Part shown: in pieces, positions 19,021 through 29,880 of the stretch
Layout: every line of letters starts with the position of its first letter
How positions within the stretch are numbered: the first letter of the stretch is position 1
Assembly (NCBI GenBank): GCA_964496725.1
Contig: CAZCAS010000001.1
Span: forward strand, 1 to 49,295
Direction of reading: 5' to 3'
Length of the DNA stretch: 49,295 bases
DNA from: an uncultured Dehalococcoidales bacterium
GTDB taxonomy: Bacteria; Chloroflexota; Dehalococcoidia; Dehalococcoidales; E44-bin46
Notes under the pieces: model-generated
Databases searched by the model: none
What the model saw: the letters and a program-made list of their open reading frames with translations, nothing else
What the model was told of the DNA's origin: nothing
Translations under genes and position numbers: made by a program

Positions 19021-19094
19021 ATGCTATATTATAGATGATTATGAAATATCCATAAATCTATATTGTATATGTAATTAAAGTTATTACAGTAAAC
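19021..19094. other. AT-rich tract, a candidate DNA unwinding element between dnaA and obg
   Basis: By my count 14 G/C in 74 nt (about 19% GC), against visibly GC-balanced flanks. It contains ATATCCATA (19046-19054), a 7/9 match to TTATCCACA. Confidence 0.5.
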
Positions 19095-20360
19095 ATGTTT
19101 GATAGAGCAGAGATAACCGTCAGAGCAGGCAGGGGGGGAGATGGAGCAGTAAGCTTCAGGAAGGAGAAATTTGTCCCCTTTGGCGGGCCTGATGGTGGGG
19201 ATGGTGGTGGTGGCGGTGATGTAATTATTAAGGCTGACCGTAGCCTGCCCAGCCTGCGTAGTTTTGTCCGAAGAGGATTCTATAAGGCGGGTAATGGTGA
19301 GCATGGCAGAGGTCAAAAGAAGCACGGCAAGAGAGGTAAAGATCTCATACTCACTGTTCCAGTAGGGACTGTGGTCTTTCCCAAGACGCAGGTTGTCAGT
19401 GATATTGTTCTTGCTGATCTGGGGGAGCCTGGTCAACAGACGGTGGTAGCTAGGGGTGGGAAGGGGGGACGGGGCAACACCCGGTTCACCACGGCTACTA
19501 ATCAGGCACCGCGGATTGCTGAGAAGGGGGAGATTGGGGAGGAAAACTCGTTGATACTGGAATTGAGGCTTATAGCCGATGTTGGCATCATCGGCTATCC
19601 CAACGTAGGGAAGTCGTCCTTACTGGCAGCCTCTTCAGCGGCCAAGCCCAAAATAGCCGGTTATCCCTTCACCACCCGCGAGCCTATTCTTGGCTTAGTT
19701 GAGGTAGAGCAACAAAGTTTTGTCTTGGCTGAGATTCCGGGGTTAATCGACGATGCCCACCTTGGCAAAGGTCTGGGGCACGATTTCTTACGCCATATTA
19801 CTCGTACCAAGATGCTCATTCACCTGATAGATGGGAGCTCGGCGTCTCCGGTAGAGGATATGGTGCGGGTCAATACCGAGCTCAGCTTATATGATTCGGC
19901 TCTGGCGCAAAAGCCCCAGTTGGTGGCAGTTAATAAGATTGACCTGCCCCAGGTTCAGGCTCGGTTAGCTGAGATTCAGGGGGCTTTCGAGGATGTGGGG
20001 ACCTCGCCCTTTTTCGTTTCGGCTGTTATCGGGGAGGGTGTTCCCCAGCTTATGGCTGAAGTGATGAGGATGGTGGGTCAGCTTGCCGTGGAGAAAAGAG
20101 TGGGGGAGAGGGTGGGTAAGAAGATTTTCCGCCCCCAACCCCGGGCCGCTGGCGCCAGTGTGCGTAAGGAGGGCGATGCTTTTGTCATTGTCTCTCCGGA
20201 ACTGGAGCGTATTGTAGCTAGGGCAGATTTGTCTAGCCAGGAGGTGCGCTGGCAGATTATGAAGCAGCTCGCTAGGCGAGGGGTCGATAAGACCCTGGAG
20301 AAGGCCGGGGTTAAGGCAGGTGATAAGGTGCGCTGTGGAGATTTAGAATGGGAGTGGTAG
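19095..20360 (+). CDS. obg: GTPase Obg/CgtA
   Basis: Canonical N-terminus [27 protein letters not shown]1 motif [11 protein letters not shown], and a C-terminal OCT-like domain. Confidence 0.95.
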   Translation: MFDRAEITVRAGRGGDGAVSFRKEKFVPFGGPDGGDGGGGGDVIIKADRSLPSLRSFVRRGFYKAGNGEHGRGQKKHGKRGKDLILTVPVGTVVFPKTQVVSDIVLADLGEPGQQTVVARGGKGGRGNTRFTTATNQAPRIAEKGEIGEENSLILELRLIADVGIIGYPNVGKSSLLAASSAAKPKIAGYPFTTREPILGLVEVEQQSFVLAEIPGLIDDAHLGKGLGHDFLRHITRTKMLIHLIDGSSASPVEDMVRVNTELSLYDSALAQKPQLVAVNKIDLPQVQARLAEIQGAFEDVGTSPFFVSAVIGEGVPQLMAEVMRMVGQLAVEKRVGERVGKKIFRPQPRAAGASVRKEGDAFVIVSPELERIVARADLSSQEVRWQIMKQLARRGVDKTLEKAGVKAGDKVRCGDLEWEW

Positions 20361-20364
20361 CAGG

Positions 20365-20970
20365 ATGAATATCGGTGTCCTCGGGGGAACCTTTGACCCC
20401 ATCCATATGGGTCACCTCCTTATTGCTATGGAGGCAAAGGCTCGACTGAATCTGGCTGAGGTTCTGTTTGTGCCTGCCGGTCTGCCCTGCCTGAGAGCGA
20501 ATAGTTCTATTTCAGCTGCTGAGCATCGTCTCCAGATGGTGCGGCTGGCTATTGGAGATAAGCCTTGCTTCAAGCTATCTACTACAGAGGTAGAGCGGGC
20601 TGGTCCCTCTTATACTGTGGATACTATCGCCGAGCTCAAGGGTCAGTTTGGCGCTAAGGATGAGCTGTTTTTCATTTTAGGCTGGGATTGTTTATCGGAA
20701 CTGCCTAAGTGGCGGGAGCCATCCCGGCTGATAGCTCTAAGCCGTCTGGTGGCGGTCCCCAGAGTAGGCTCGCCGGCTCCCGACCTTAGCTCTTTGGAAG
20801 CCAGCATCCCGGGGTTAGCCAGACGGGTTATTTTGCTTGACGAGCCCAGGGTAGACATCAGCGCTTCGGGGGTTAGAGACCGGGTTGCCCGGGGGTTATC
20901 AATTGAGCATCTTGTCCCTGAGCCAGTAGCAAGATATATTAGGGAGCAGGGGTTATACACCAGGCATTAG
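20365..20970 (+). CDS. nadD: Nicotinate-nucleotide adenylyltransferase
   Basis: GGTFDPIHMGH nucleotidyltransferase motif, 201 aa. Confidence 0.9.
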   Translation: MNIGVLGGTFDPIHMGHLLIAMEAKARLNLAEVLFVPAGLPCLRANSSISAAEHRLQMVRLAIGDKPCFKLSTTEVERAGPSYTVDTIAELKGQFGAKDELFFILGWDCLSELPKWREPSRLIALSRLVAVPRVGSPAPDLSSLEASIPGLARRVILLDEPRVDISASGVRDRVARGLSIEHLVPEPVARYIREQGLYTRH

Positions 20971-20987
20971 CCAGAGGAGGGAGCAGT

Positions 20988-23485
<2,498 letters not shown>

Positions 23486-23627
23486 CTATCTAGTTACTCA
23501 TTATCGTTGTGGTTGTCAGTGAGAGAAGGGGGGAGAAAGGGTGGGACGTTGGCAAAGAGGCGGAGGAATAAATGAAGCTAACAAATCAGAGGCAATTGCT
23601 AAAAATAGTAACGCGTGCATTTATATT

Positions 23628-23656
23628 ATTATAGCATAATTCAGCTATAAAGTGAA
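23628..23656 (-). promoter_or_regulatory. Sigma70-like promoter for gyrB (TTCACT-17 nt-TATAAT)
   Basis: On the minus strand, -35 TTCACT is at 23656-23651 and -10 TATAAT at 23633-23628. This implies a pyrimidine-rich leader of about 140 nt. Confidence 0.45.
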
Positions 23657-23668
23657 GCTGTGGGCTGG

Positions 23669-24916
23669 TTATTGCAAATGGTTTTGCAGCTCTTCAAGGG
23701 GGACGGTTTTCTGTTCGGAGGTGGCCATATCCCGCAGCATCACCGTGCCATCTTTTACCTCTTGCTCACCGATTATCACGGCTTGCTTGACATCGAGGCT
23801 ATTGGCTTGTCTTAGCTGAGCCTTCAGGCTTCTATCGCCTATCGCTTCTATTACTCCGATGCCGTTCTTTCTCAGGTCGGCTGCCAGCTTTGTCGCCGCG
23901 TCCTTGGCTGTGGCGCCGATATAGGCAAGGAAAACCTGTGGTCGGGGCAGGGTGGGGATGTGAACCCCCTGCTTCTTCAGGTTGAGGACCATCCGCTCCA
24001 TACCGGAGGCGAAGCCGATGGCCGGGGTGGGCTTACCACCAAGTTCCTCAATCAGGTCGTCGTATCGTCCCCCACCGCCGAGAGTACTCTGGGCTCCTTC
24101 TGCCTCAGGCTGAATCTCAAATACTGTCCGGGTATAGTAGTCCAGCCCACGGGCCAGGCAATGGTTCAGTTCAAAGGGAAGTCCAAGTAGTCCCAGGTAT
24201 CTCTTTAGCTGGTTGAAGTGCTCATCACATTGTGGGCAGAGGTAGTCGGGGCTCTTTGGGGCGGAGTGAGCTACTCGGCGGCACTGGGGCTTTTTACAAT
24301 CAAGGAGGCGGAGAGGGTTTCTCTTTAGCCTGGTCTTGCAATCCGAACATAGATTGGCAGTGTGGTCGGCGCAATAATCCTTCAAGGCGGCTAGATATGA
24401 AGGTCGGCATTTTTTACAACCGATGCTATTTATGATTAGTGATAAATGACCAAGGTTCAGAGAAGAGAAGAATTGCCATGCCATGTTAATGACCTCGGCG
24501 TCCAGGGCAGGGTCAGCCTCCCCGATAGCCTCGCAGCCGAACTGATAGTGCTGGCGGTATCTTCCTGCCTGAGGCCTTTCGTATCTAAAGATGGAGGCAA
24601 TGTAGTACAGCTTTACCGGCTGGGGCAGATTGTGCATTCCGTGTTCTAAGTAGGCGCGGCACACTGGCGCTGTTCCCTCTGGTCTGAGGGTTATTTTATT
24701 TCCGCCTTTGTCTTCAAAGGTATACATTTCTTTTTCTACGATATCTGTGCCCTCCCCGATACTGCGGGAGAAAAGCATGGTGTCCTCAAAAGCAGGGAGG
24801 TCAATGCGCTCATAGCCATAGAGCTGGCAGATATGCGCCGCCTTTTGCTCTATATAGCGCCAGTATGGTTGTTCCTGTGGTAAGATGTCTGAGGTTCCGC
24901 GTGGTGCCCGATACAA
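23669..24916 (-). CDS. hisS: Histidine-tRNA ligase
   Basis: N-terminal RGTSDILP, class II synthetase motifs, and a C-terminal anticodon-binding domain. TTG start 5 nt after GGGAGG. Confidence 0.95.
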   Translation of the reverse strand: MYRAPRGTSDILPQEQPYWRYIEQKAAHICQLYGYERIDLPAFEDTMLFSRSIGEGTDIVEKEMYTFEDKGGNKITLRPEGTAPVCRAYLEHGMHNLPQPVKLYYIASIFRYERPQAGRYRQHYQFGCEAIGEADPALDAEVINMAWQFFSSLNLGHLSLIINSIGCKKCRPSYLAALKDYCADHTANLCSDCKTRLKRNPLRLLDCKKPQCRRVAHSAPKSPDYLCPQCDEHFNQLKRYLGLLGLPFELNHCLARGLDYYTRTVFEIQPEAEGAQSTLGGGGRYDDLIEELGGKPTPAIGFASGMERMVLNLKKQGVHIPTLPRPQVFLAYIGATAKDAATKLAADLRKNGIGVIEAIGDRSLKAQLRQANSLDVKQAVIIGEQEVKDGTVMLRDMATSEQKTVPLEELQNHLQ

Positions 24917-25078
24917 TCTAGCCTCCCTTTTGACAGGTTTCTGGATGTTTTAAGCTAGAATACCGTATAACCCTTGACTTGTAAAGACGGGATTGAATTT
25001 GCTCTCGCCTGTTTCGTTGCGTTATACTTGCATGTAATTCCAGCTATTGGGGGACGGGTGGATAGTTATAGTCAGCTT

Positions 25079-27226
25079 ATGGAGAAAGCCCGGGGCTATC
25101 TTGAGCCAGACAAGATAGCTTTGGTGGAGCAGGCCTACAAGTTTGCCGCTGAGGCGCACGAGGGGCAGATGCGTAAATCAGGCGGACCCTATGTGGAGCA
25201 TCCGTTACAGGCTGCGCTGACTCTGGCTGAATTGCAGCTTGATGCTGCCTCTCTGGCTGCTGCTTTGCTGCACGATGTTCCTGAGAATTGCGCGATACCC
25301 ATCGCGGAAATTGAGGCTAAGTTCGGCGCAGAGGTAGCCAAACTGGTTGATGGCACCACCAAGCTGGGCAAGCTTTCTCGGTCGGGGAGGGGGGAGGCGG
25401 CAACTGAGCTGCAGCTGGAGAATCTGAGGAAGATGCTGGTGGCTATGGCTGAGGACCTCCGCGTGGTGTTTATCAAGCTGGCTGATAGGCTGCATAATAT
25501 GTCTACCTTGGGCGCCCTGTCATCAGAAAAGCGACATAGCATCGCTCAGGAGACTTTAGAGATATATGCTCCCCTGGCTCATCGCCTGGGGATATCGGAG
25601 CTAAAGTGGCAATTAGAGGATTTATCCTTCCGTTATCTGGAGGCAAGGAAGTATCGTCATATTGTTAAACTGGTTGCTGCTCGACGCACTCAGCGGGAGG
25701 AATTCGTAGCTCGGGTAGTGCGGATTTTGGAGGACGAGTTCAAAAGGGTGGGTCTAAAGGCTGAGGTATCGGGCAGGCCCAAGCATATTTACAGCATATA
25801 CCAGAAGATGGAAAAATATTCTGCTTTAGGCAAGGATTTCGATGATATCCACGACCTTCTCGCCCTTCGGGTATTGGTTAATACTCTGCCTGATTGTTAT
25901 GCTGCGGTGGGTGTTATCCATAGTTTATGGCGCCCGCTGCCTGAGGAGTTTAATGACTTTATCGCCAACCCTAAGCCGAATGGATATCAGTCCTTACATA
26001 CCGCCGTAATGTATGGCGCCACTCCTCTGGAGATACAGGTTCGCACCAATGAGATGCACCATGTTGCTGAATATGGGATAGCTGCTCACTGGCGCTATAA
26101 GGAGGGTGAGAAAGAGGACATACGCTTTGAGGAAAGGATAGGGTGGCTGCGCCAGTTAATTGAGTGGCACCGGGAGCTCAGTGGAGCTGAAGAGTTTTTG
26201 GAGTCGGTCAAAACCGATATATTCATTGACGAGGTTTTTGTCTTCACTCCCAGGGGGGAGATAAAGGACTTGCCCAAGGGTTCTACTCCCCTTGACCTTG
26301 CCTATCGGATTCACACTGAGCTGGGGCACCGATGTATTGGGGCAAAGGTGAATGGTAGGCTGATGTCCCTTGATTATCAGCTCAAGAATGGTGATGTGGT
26401 TGAAATTATGTCGGCTAGGGGAGAAAAAGGACCGAGCCGTGATTGGCTCAATCCCCAGCTGGGCTATATCAGGACCTCCCACGCCAGGGAGAAGGTAAGG
26501 CAGTGGTTTAAGAAGCGGGAGCGGGCGGAGAATATTGAGCGGGGCCGGGAGCTTTTAGACAGGGATATGCGGCGATTGGGGATAAAACTCGGCGACCGGG
26601 AGGAGTTGGCTAAGCTATTCAAGTGTGATAGCGTTGACGATTTTCTGGCGGCTATTGGTTACGGTGGTATTACTACTCATCAGATTGCCTCGAGGTTAGC
26701 TACCCAGCAGGAGCGACCTACCGGGGTAGCCGGAACTGCGCCACCCAAGCCACCACTATCGGCGGTTCAGGTTCTGGGCGTGGGTGATATGGTTACCCAC
26801 TTAGCCAATTGTTGCCATCCTGTTCCCGGTGATAAGATTGTTGGCTATATTACCCGCGGACGGGGTGTGACTGTCCATCGCCAGGATTGCTATAATATCA
26901 TTAATGAGGCTGAAAAGGAGAGGCTGATTCCGGTGGATTGGGGGAAGTCTGACGGACTGTACCCGGTCAATATTCAGGTTGACGCCTGGGATAGGTTAGG
27001 GTTGGTTCGTGACCTTAGCACCATTGTGGCTGAGGAGAAAATCAATATAGTGACCATGAATGTTGTCCAGCACGAGGACCACGCCGTTACCGTATATTTT
27101 ACTTTGGAGATGAAGGGCTTGGCTCAGTTAAGTCGGCTATTAGGAAGAATTGAGGGACTTCGGGGGGTGACAGGTGTTTCCAGGGTGGGGGATGAGTCCA
27201 CGATAAAAACTGATAAATCAAACTGA
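25079..27226 (+). CDS. rel: Bifunctional (p)ppGpp synthetase/hydrolase (RelA/SpoT homolog)
   Basis: HD hydrolase domain (LLHDVPE), synthetase region (RPKHIYSIYQKM), and TGS and ACT-like C-terminal domains. The start may be ATG 25079 or GTG 25058. The TTG at 24974 adds a hydrophobic, atypical extension. Confidence 0.92.
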   Translation: MEKARGYLEPDKIALVEQAYKFAAEAHEGQMRKSGGPYVEHPLQAALTLAELQLDAASLAAALLHDVPENCAIPIAEIEAKFGAEVAKLVDGTTKLGKLSRSGRGEAATELQLENLRKMLVAMAEDLRVVFIKLADRLHNMSTLGALSSEKRHSIAQETLEIYAPLAHRLGISELKWQLEDLSFRYLEARKYRHIVKLVAARRTQREEFVARVVRILEDEFKRVGLKAEVSGRPKHIYSIYQKMEKYSALGKDFDDIHDLLALRVLVNTLPDCYAAVGVIHSLWRPLPEEFNDFIANPKPNGYQSLHTAVMYGATPLEIQVRTNEMHHVAEYGIAAHWRYKEGEKEDIRFEERIGWLRQLIEWHRELSGAEEFLESVKTDIFIDEVFVFTPRGEIKDLPKGSTPLDLAYRIHTELGHRCIGAKVNGRLMSLDYQLKNGDVVEIMSARGEKGPSRDWLNPQLGYIRTSHAREKVRQWFKKRERAENIERGRELLDRDMRRLGIKLGDREELAKLFKCDSVDDFLAAIGYGGITTHQIASRLATQQERPTGVAGTAPPKPPLSAVQVLGVGDMVTHLANCCHPVPGDKIVGYITRGRGVTVHRQDCYNIINEAEKERLIPVDWGKSDGLYPVNIQVDAWDRLGLVRDLSTIVAEEKINIVTMNVVQHEDHAVTVYFTLEMKGLAQLSRLLGRIEGLRGVTGVSRVGDESTIKTDKSN

Positions 27227-27241
27227 GGAAAGGGGAAAATA

Positions 27242-27523
27242 TTGCCAACTACTAAATCGGCTCAAAAGCAGGTGCGTGTAGCTGAAAGGAGGCACCTGAG
27301 AAATAAGTCTGTTCTTAGCGAGTGTAAGACTCACGTCACTAAAGCAGAGAAACTTATCTTCTCAGGCGAACTTGAGGCGGCTCGGGAGGCGGTGTCAGTT
27401 GCCATCCGCTCTCTTGATAAGGCAGCTGAGGATGGGATAATCCGCCTCAATAACGCTGCCCGACGCAAGGCACGGTTAATGAGGAAGCTCAATGCGGCCT
27501 TGAGTTCGGCTGCTGCTGAATAA
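27242..27523 (+). CDS. rpsT: 30S ribosomal protein S20
   Basis: Basic 93-aa protein beginning PTTKSAQKQVRVAERRHLRNK. TTG start 15 nt after the rel stop. Confidence 0.92.
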   Translation: MPTTKSAQKQVRVAERRHLRNKSVLSECKTHVTKAEKLIFSGELEAAREAVSVAIRSLDKAAEDGIIRLNNAARRKARLMRKLNAALSSAAAE

Positions 27524-27536
27524 TTCAGTTCGAGTA

Positions 27537-27565
27537 TTGACAACAGAGTTCTTTTAGGGTAGAGT
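27537..27565 (+). promoter_or_regulatory. Sigma70-like lexA promoter (TTGACA-17 nt-TAGAGT)
   Basis: -35 TTGACA at 27537-27542, a 17-nt spacer, and -10 TAGAGT at 27560-27565. The LexA box lies 5 nt downstream. Confidence 0.5.
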
Positions 27566-27570
27566 TTTAT

Positions 27571-27584
27571 AGAACAGATGTTCT
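27571..27584. promoter_or_regulatory. LexA operator (SOS box) AGAACAGATGTTCT
   Basis: Perfect palindrome AGAAC-N4-GTTCT. It matches the GAAC-N4-GTTC core of the Gram-positive Cheo box, lies 34 nt upstream of the lexA ATG and just downstream of the -10 element. Confidence 0.7.
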
Positions 27585-27617
27585 TCATATGTGAAGTAGT
27601 GGTTCGTGGGGTGATAG

Positions 27618-28259
27618 ATGAAGGCGTTATCATCTAGGCAGCAACAAATTATTGATTTTATCCGCCGCTTCTGGGATGAGGAGGGTTATCCACCCACTAT
27701 CAGGGATATAGTAAGGGGGTGTAGAATTAGCTCGACCTCAGTAGTTGATTATAACCTCAAGATATTGGAGAGGGAGGGCTATATTCGCCGTCGCCGCGAG
27801 GTATCGCGTGGTATTGAGCTAGTCGGTCATTCCCCTGGCCTGGGAGGGCGAGTTCAGATACCTATTATTGGTCAGGTGGCGGCTGGGAAGCCGATACCTG
27901 TGCCCGCTCCCGATACCTGGGATGTCACTGCTTCTTCGGATGTTCTGGAGGTGACCAAAGATTTGACCCGGGGAAGGGCGGGGGTTTATGCTCTAAAGGT
28001 GAAGGGCACTTCAATGGTGGATGCCCTGGTTAATGATGGCGATTTTGTCTTGATGGAGTATGTGAATTGGGTGGAGAATGGGGAGATGGCAGCCATATGG
28101 CTTAAGGCGGAAAGGGAGGCGACGCTGAAGAAGTTTTACGCTGAGAAGGGGCGCGTTCGACTCCAGCCAGCAAATAGCCAGATGCGGCCGATGTATGTTG
28201 GCCCTGATAGTGTTGAGATTCAAGGCAGGGTTATTGCCGTTATTAGGCAATTAGTATAG
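27618..28259 (+). CDS. lexA: LexA repressor
   Basis: N-terminal winged-helix region, Ala-Gly cleavage site (QVAAGKP), catalytic Ser in KGTSMVDA, and an S24 peptidase C-terminus. Confidence 0.93.
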   Translation: MKALSSRQQQIIDFIRRFWDEEGYPPTIRDIVRGCRISSTSVVDYNLKILEREGYIRRRREVSRGIELVGHSPGLGGRVQIPIIGQVAAGKPIPVPAPDTWDVTASSDVLEVTKDLTRGRAGVYALKVKGTSMVDALVNDGDFVLMEYVNWVENGEMAAIWLKAEREATLKKFYAEKGRVRLQPANSQMRPMYVGPDSVEIQGRVIAVIRQLV

Positions 28260-28302
28260 TTATCCTCTCGGGGGATAAAGCGGGCTCTCGAAAGGGCGAT
28301 TT

Positions 28303-28872
28303 ATGATCTTATCTCAGTTTCAGGCTTTAGGCCGTGACCTTTTTACGCAGGGGCTGATTTCTTCCTATGGTGGAAACCTCAGTATCAGGCTGGGAGACCG
28401 GTTAATTATTACCCGCCGTGGCAGCATGCTTGGCTGTTTGCAGGAAGCCGATTTGATAGAGACCGGGATAACTAAAAATGACCGCTCTACACCGCTTGCC
28501 TCAAACGAATTAGCTGTCCATCGCGCTATTTATCAGCAGACTCCGGCATTAGCCATTGTTCACGCCCATCCGCCTCATGCCATTGCCCTGTCGTTAATTG
28601 AGACCGAGATTGTGCCCAGTAACGCTGAGGGGCGGTCTATGATAGGCGAGGTTCCAGTCCTGGGGTGGAATATGGAAGTGAAGCCGGGGGGTTTGGCTGA
28701 CATCATCGCCCGCGCGTTGAAGAAGCGCCGGATTGTTATGGTTCACGGGCATGGCAGTTTCGCCATTGGCCAATTGCTGGAGGAGGCCTACAGCTATACC
28801 ACTGCGCTGGAGGAGGGTTGCCGCATCAGGTGCCTGTTGAAGTCGTTAGGGGTGGGCGTAGATAAAGAGTAG
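28303..28872 (+). CDS. Class II aldolase/adducin-family protein
   Basis: 189 aa with SYGGNLS and the HAHPPHA metal-binding His cluster typical of the fuculose-phosphate aldolase fold. Confidence 0.78.
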   Translation: MILSQFQALGRDLFTQGLISSYGGNLSIRLGDRLIITRRGSMLGCLQEADLIETGITKNDRSTPLASNELAVHRAIYQQTPALAIVHAHPPHAIALSLIETEIVPSNAEGRSMIGEVPVLGWNMEVKPGGLADIIARALKKRRIVMVHGHGSFAIGQLLEEAYSYTTALEEGCRIRCLLKSLGVGVDKE

Positions 28873-28897
28873 CTTCCCCCCTCATCAGCATCTTGGC

Positions 28898-29815
28898 CTA
28901 CTTCTTATAGACCGGAGTGCACCACTCGAGGTATTTGGGGTTTTTCCCCCGGATTACGTCGAAGTAGATTTGTTGTAATTTTTGGGTGAGTTCGCCAACT
29001 TCACCGTCGTCTATCTTGCGGTGGTCTATTTCAGCGATTGGGGTTATGTGGGCGGCGGTGCCGGTAAAGAAGCATTCTTTAGCCGTATAAAGCTCGCTGC
29101 GGTCAACTGGTCTCTCTATGGTTTCTATGCCCAGTTCGTTTTGTGCTAGCTTTATTACCGTATCACGAGTAACGCCCATCAAGGTGTTATTGTAGCTCGC
29201 CGGGGTAACTAATTTGTCATCTATGACTAAGAAGATATTCTCGCCAGTCCCTTCAGAGACATAGCCATCTGGGGCGAGCATAATCGCCTCATCGAAGCCA
29301 CCGCTTATGGCTTCGGTTTTAGCCAGGGAGTTATTGATATAAAGGCCGGTGATCTTGGCTTGAGGCGGAATCACATTGTCATCAGGGCGTCGCCATGAAG
29401 AGACTATGCATCTGGCCTTATCCATATCCAAGTATGGCCCCCAGGGGATAGCGAAGACCAGGAAGTCGTCTTCCAAACCATGAAGGCGGAGACCCAGGGA
29501 CTCAGAGCCCTTGTAGGCCAGGGGCCTTATATATATGTCTTCTGTGAAGCCGCACCTTTCTACCATCTCAACTGTTATCTGACATAGCTCATCAAGGGTA
29601 TGGGGCAGGTCGATATTTAACAGGCGGCAGCCCTGGTGCATTCGTTGATAGTGTTCTTTAAGTCGGAACAGGTAAAGCTGCTCTTGTTCACTGTTCCAGT
29701 TGCCCCTGATGCCTTCAAAAATGGCAGTGCCGTAGTGAAGGCAGTGGGTCATAATTCCTATCTTAGCTTCAGATAGAGGGACAAACTGCTTGTGGAAGTA
29801 GGCATATGAAGGCAA
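28898..29815 (-). CDS. ilvE: Branched-chain amino acid aminotransferase
   Basis: 305 aa fold-type IV PLP enzyme with the motifs GIRGNW, GLYINNSLAK and EGTGENIF. Confidence 0.9.
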   Translation of the reverse strand: MPSYAYFHKQFVPLSEAKIGIMTHCLHYGTAIFEGIRGNWNSEQEQLYLFRLKEHYQRMHQGCRLLNIDLPHTLDELCQITVEMVERCGFTEDIYIRPLAYKGSESLGLRLHGLEDDFLVFAIPWGPYLDMDKARCIVSSWRRPDDNVIPPQAKITGLYINNSLAKTEAISGGFDEAIMLAPDGYVSEGTGENIFLVIDDKLVTPASYNNTLMGVTRDTVIKLAQNELGIETIERPVDRSELYTAKECFFTGTAAHITPIAEIDHRKIDDGEVGELTQKLQQIYFDVIRGKNPKYLEWCTPVYKK

Positions 29816-29880
29816 TTTTCACATCTCCTCTCTTAAATTAAAGCTAATTATAGCTATTGTTGGCGGAGAAAACAAGATGC

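Noticed and set aside
19029-19436. 135-aa minus-strand ORF overlapping the obg 5' end
   Set aside because: It is antisense to the canonical Obg N-terminus and extends into the 19% GC tract. It is most likely a shadow ORF.
23572-23634. 20-codon plus-strand sORF (MKLTNQRQLLKIVTRAFILL) with GGAGG 5 nt upstream, in the gyrB leader region
   Set aside because: The apparent SD is part of a long purine-rich run that is simply the complement of the pyrimidine-rich gyrB leader. The ORF also overlaps the predicted gyrB -10 element. I have no conservation evidence.
24974-25078. N-terminal extension of rel starting at TTG 24974
   Set aside because: It adds a hydrophobic 35-aa segment not seen in RelA/SpoT proteins and would cover the divergent hisS/rel promoter region.
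24917-25078. T-box leader upstream of hisS
   Set aside because: Only about 160 nt are available. I could not find a specifier/antiterminator arrangement or the conserved T-box sequence.
27539-27552. Possible second LexA half-site (GAGTTCT) inside the lexA promoter spacer
   Set aside because: The left half (TGACA) is degenerate, and the spacing to GTTCT is N5 rather than N4.
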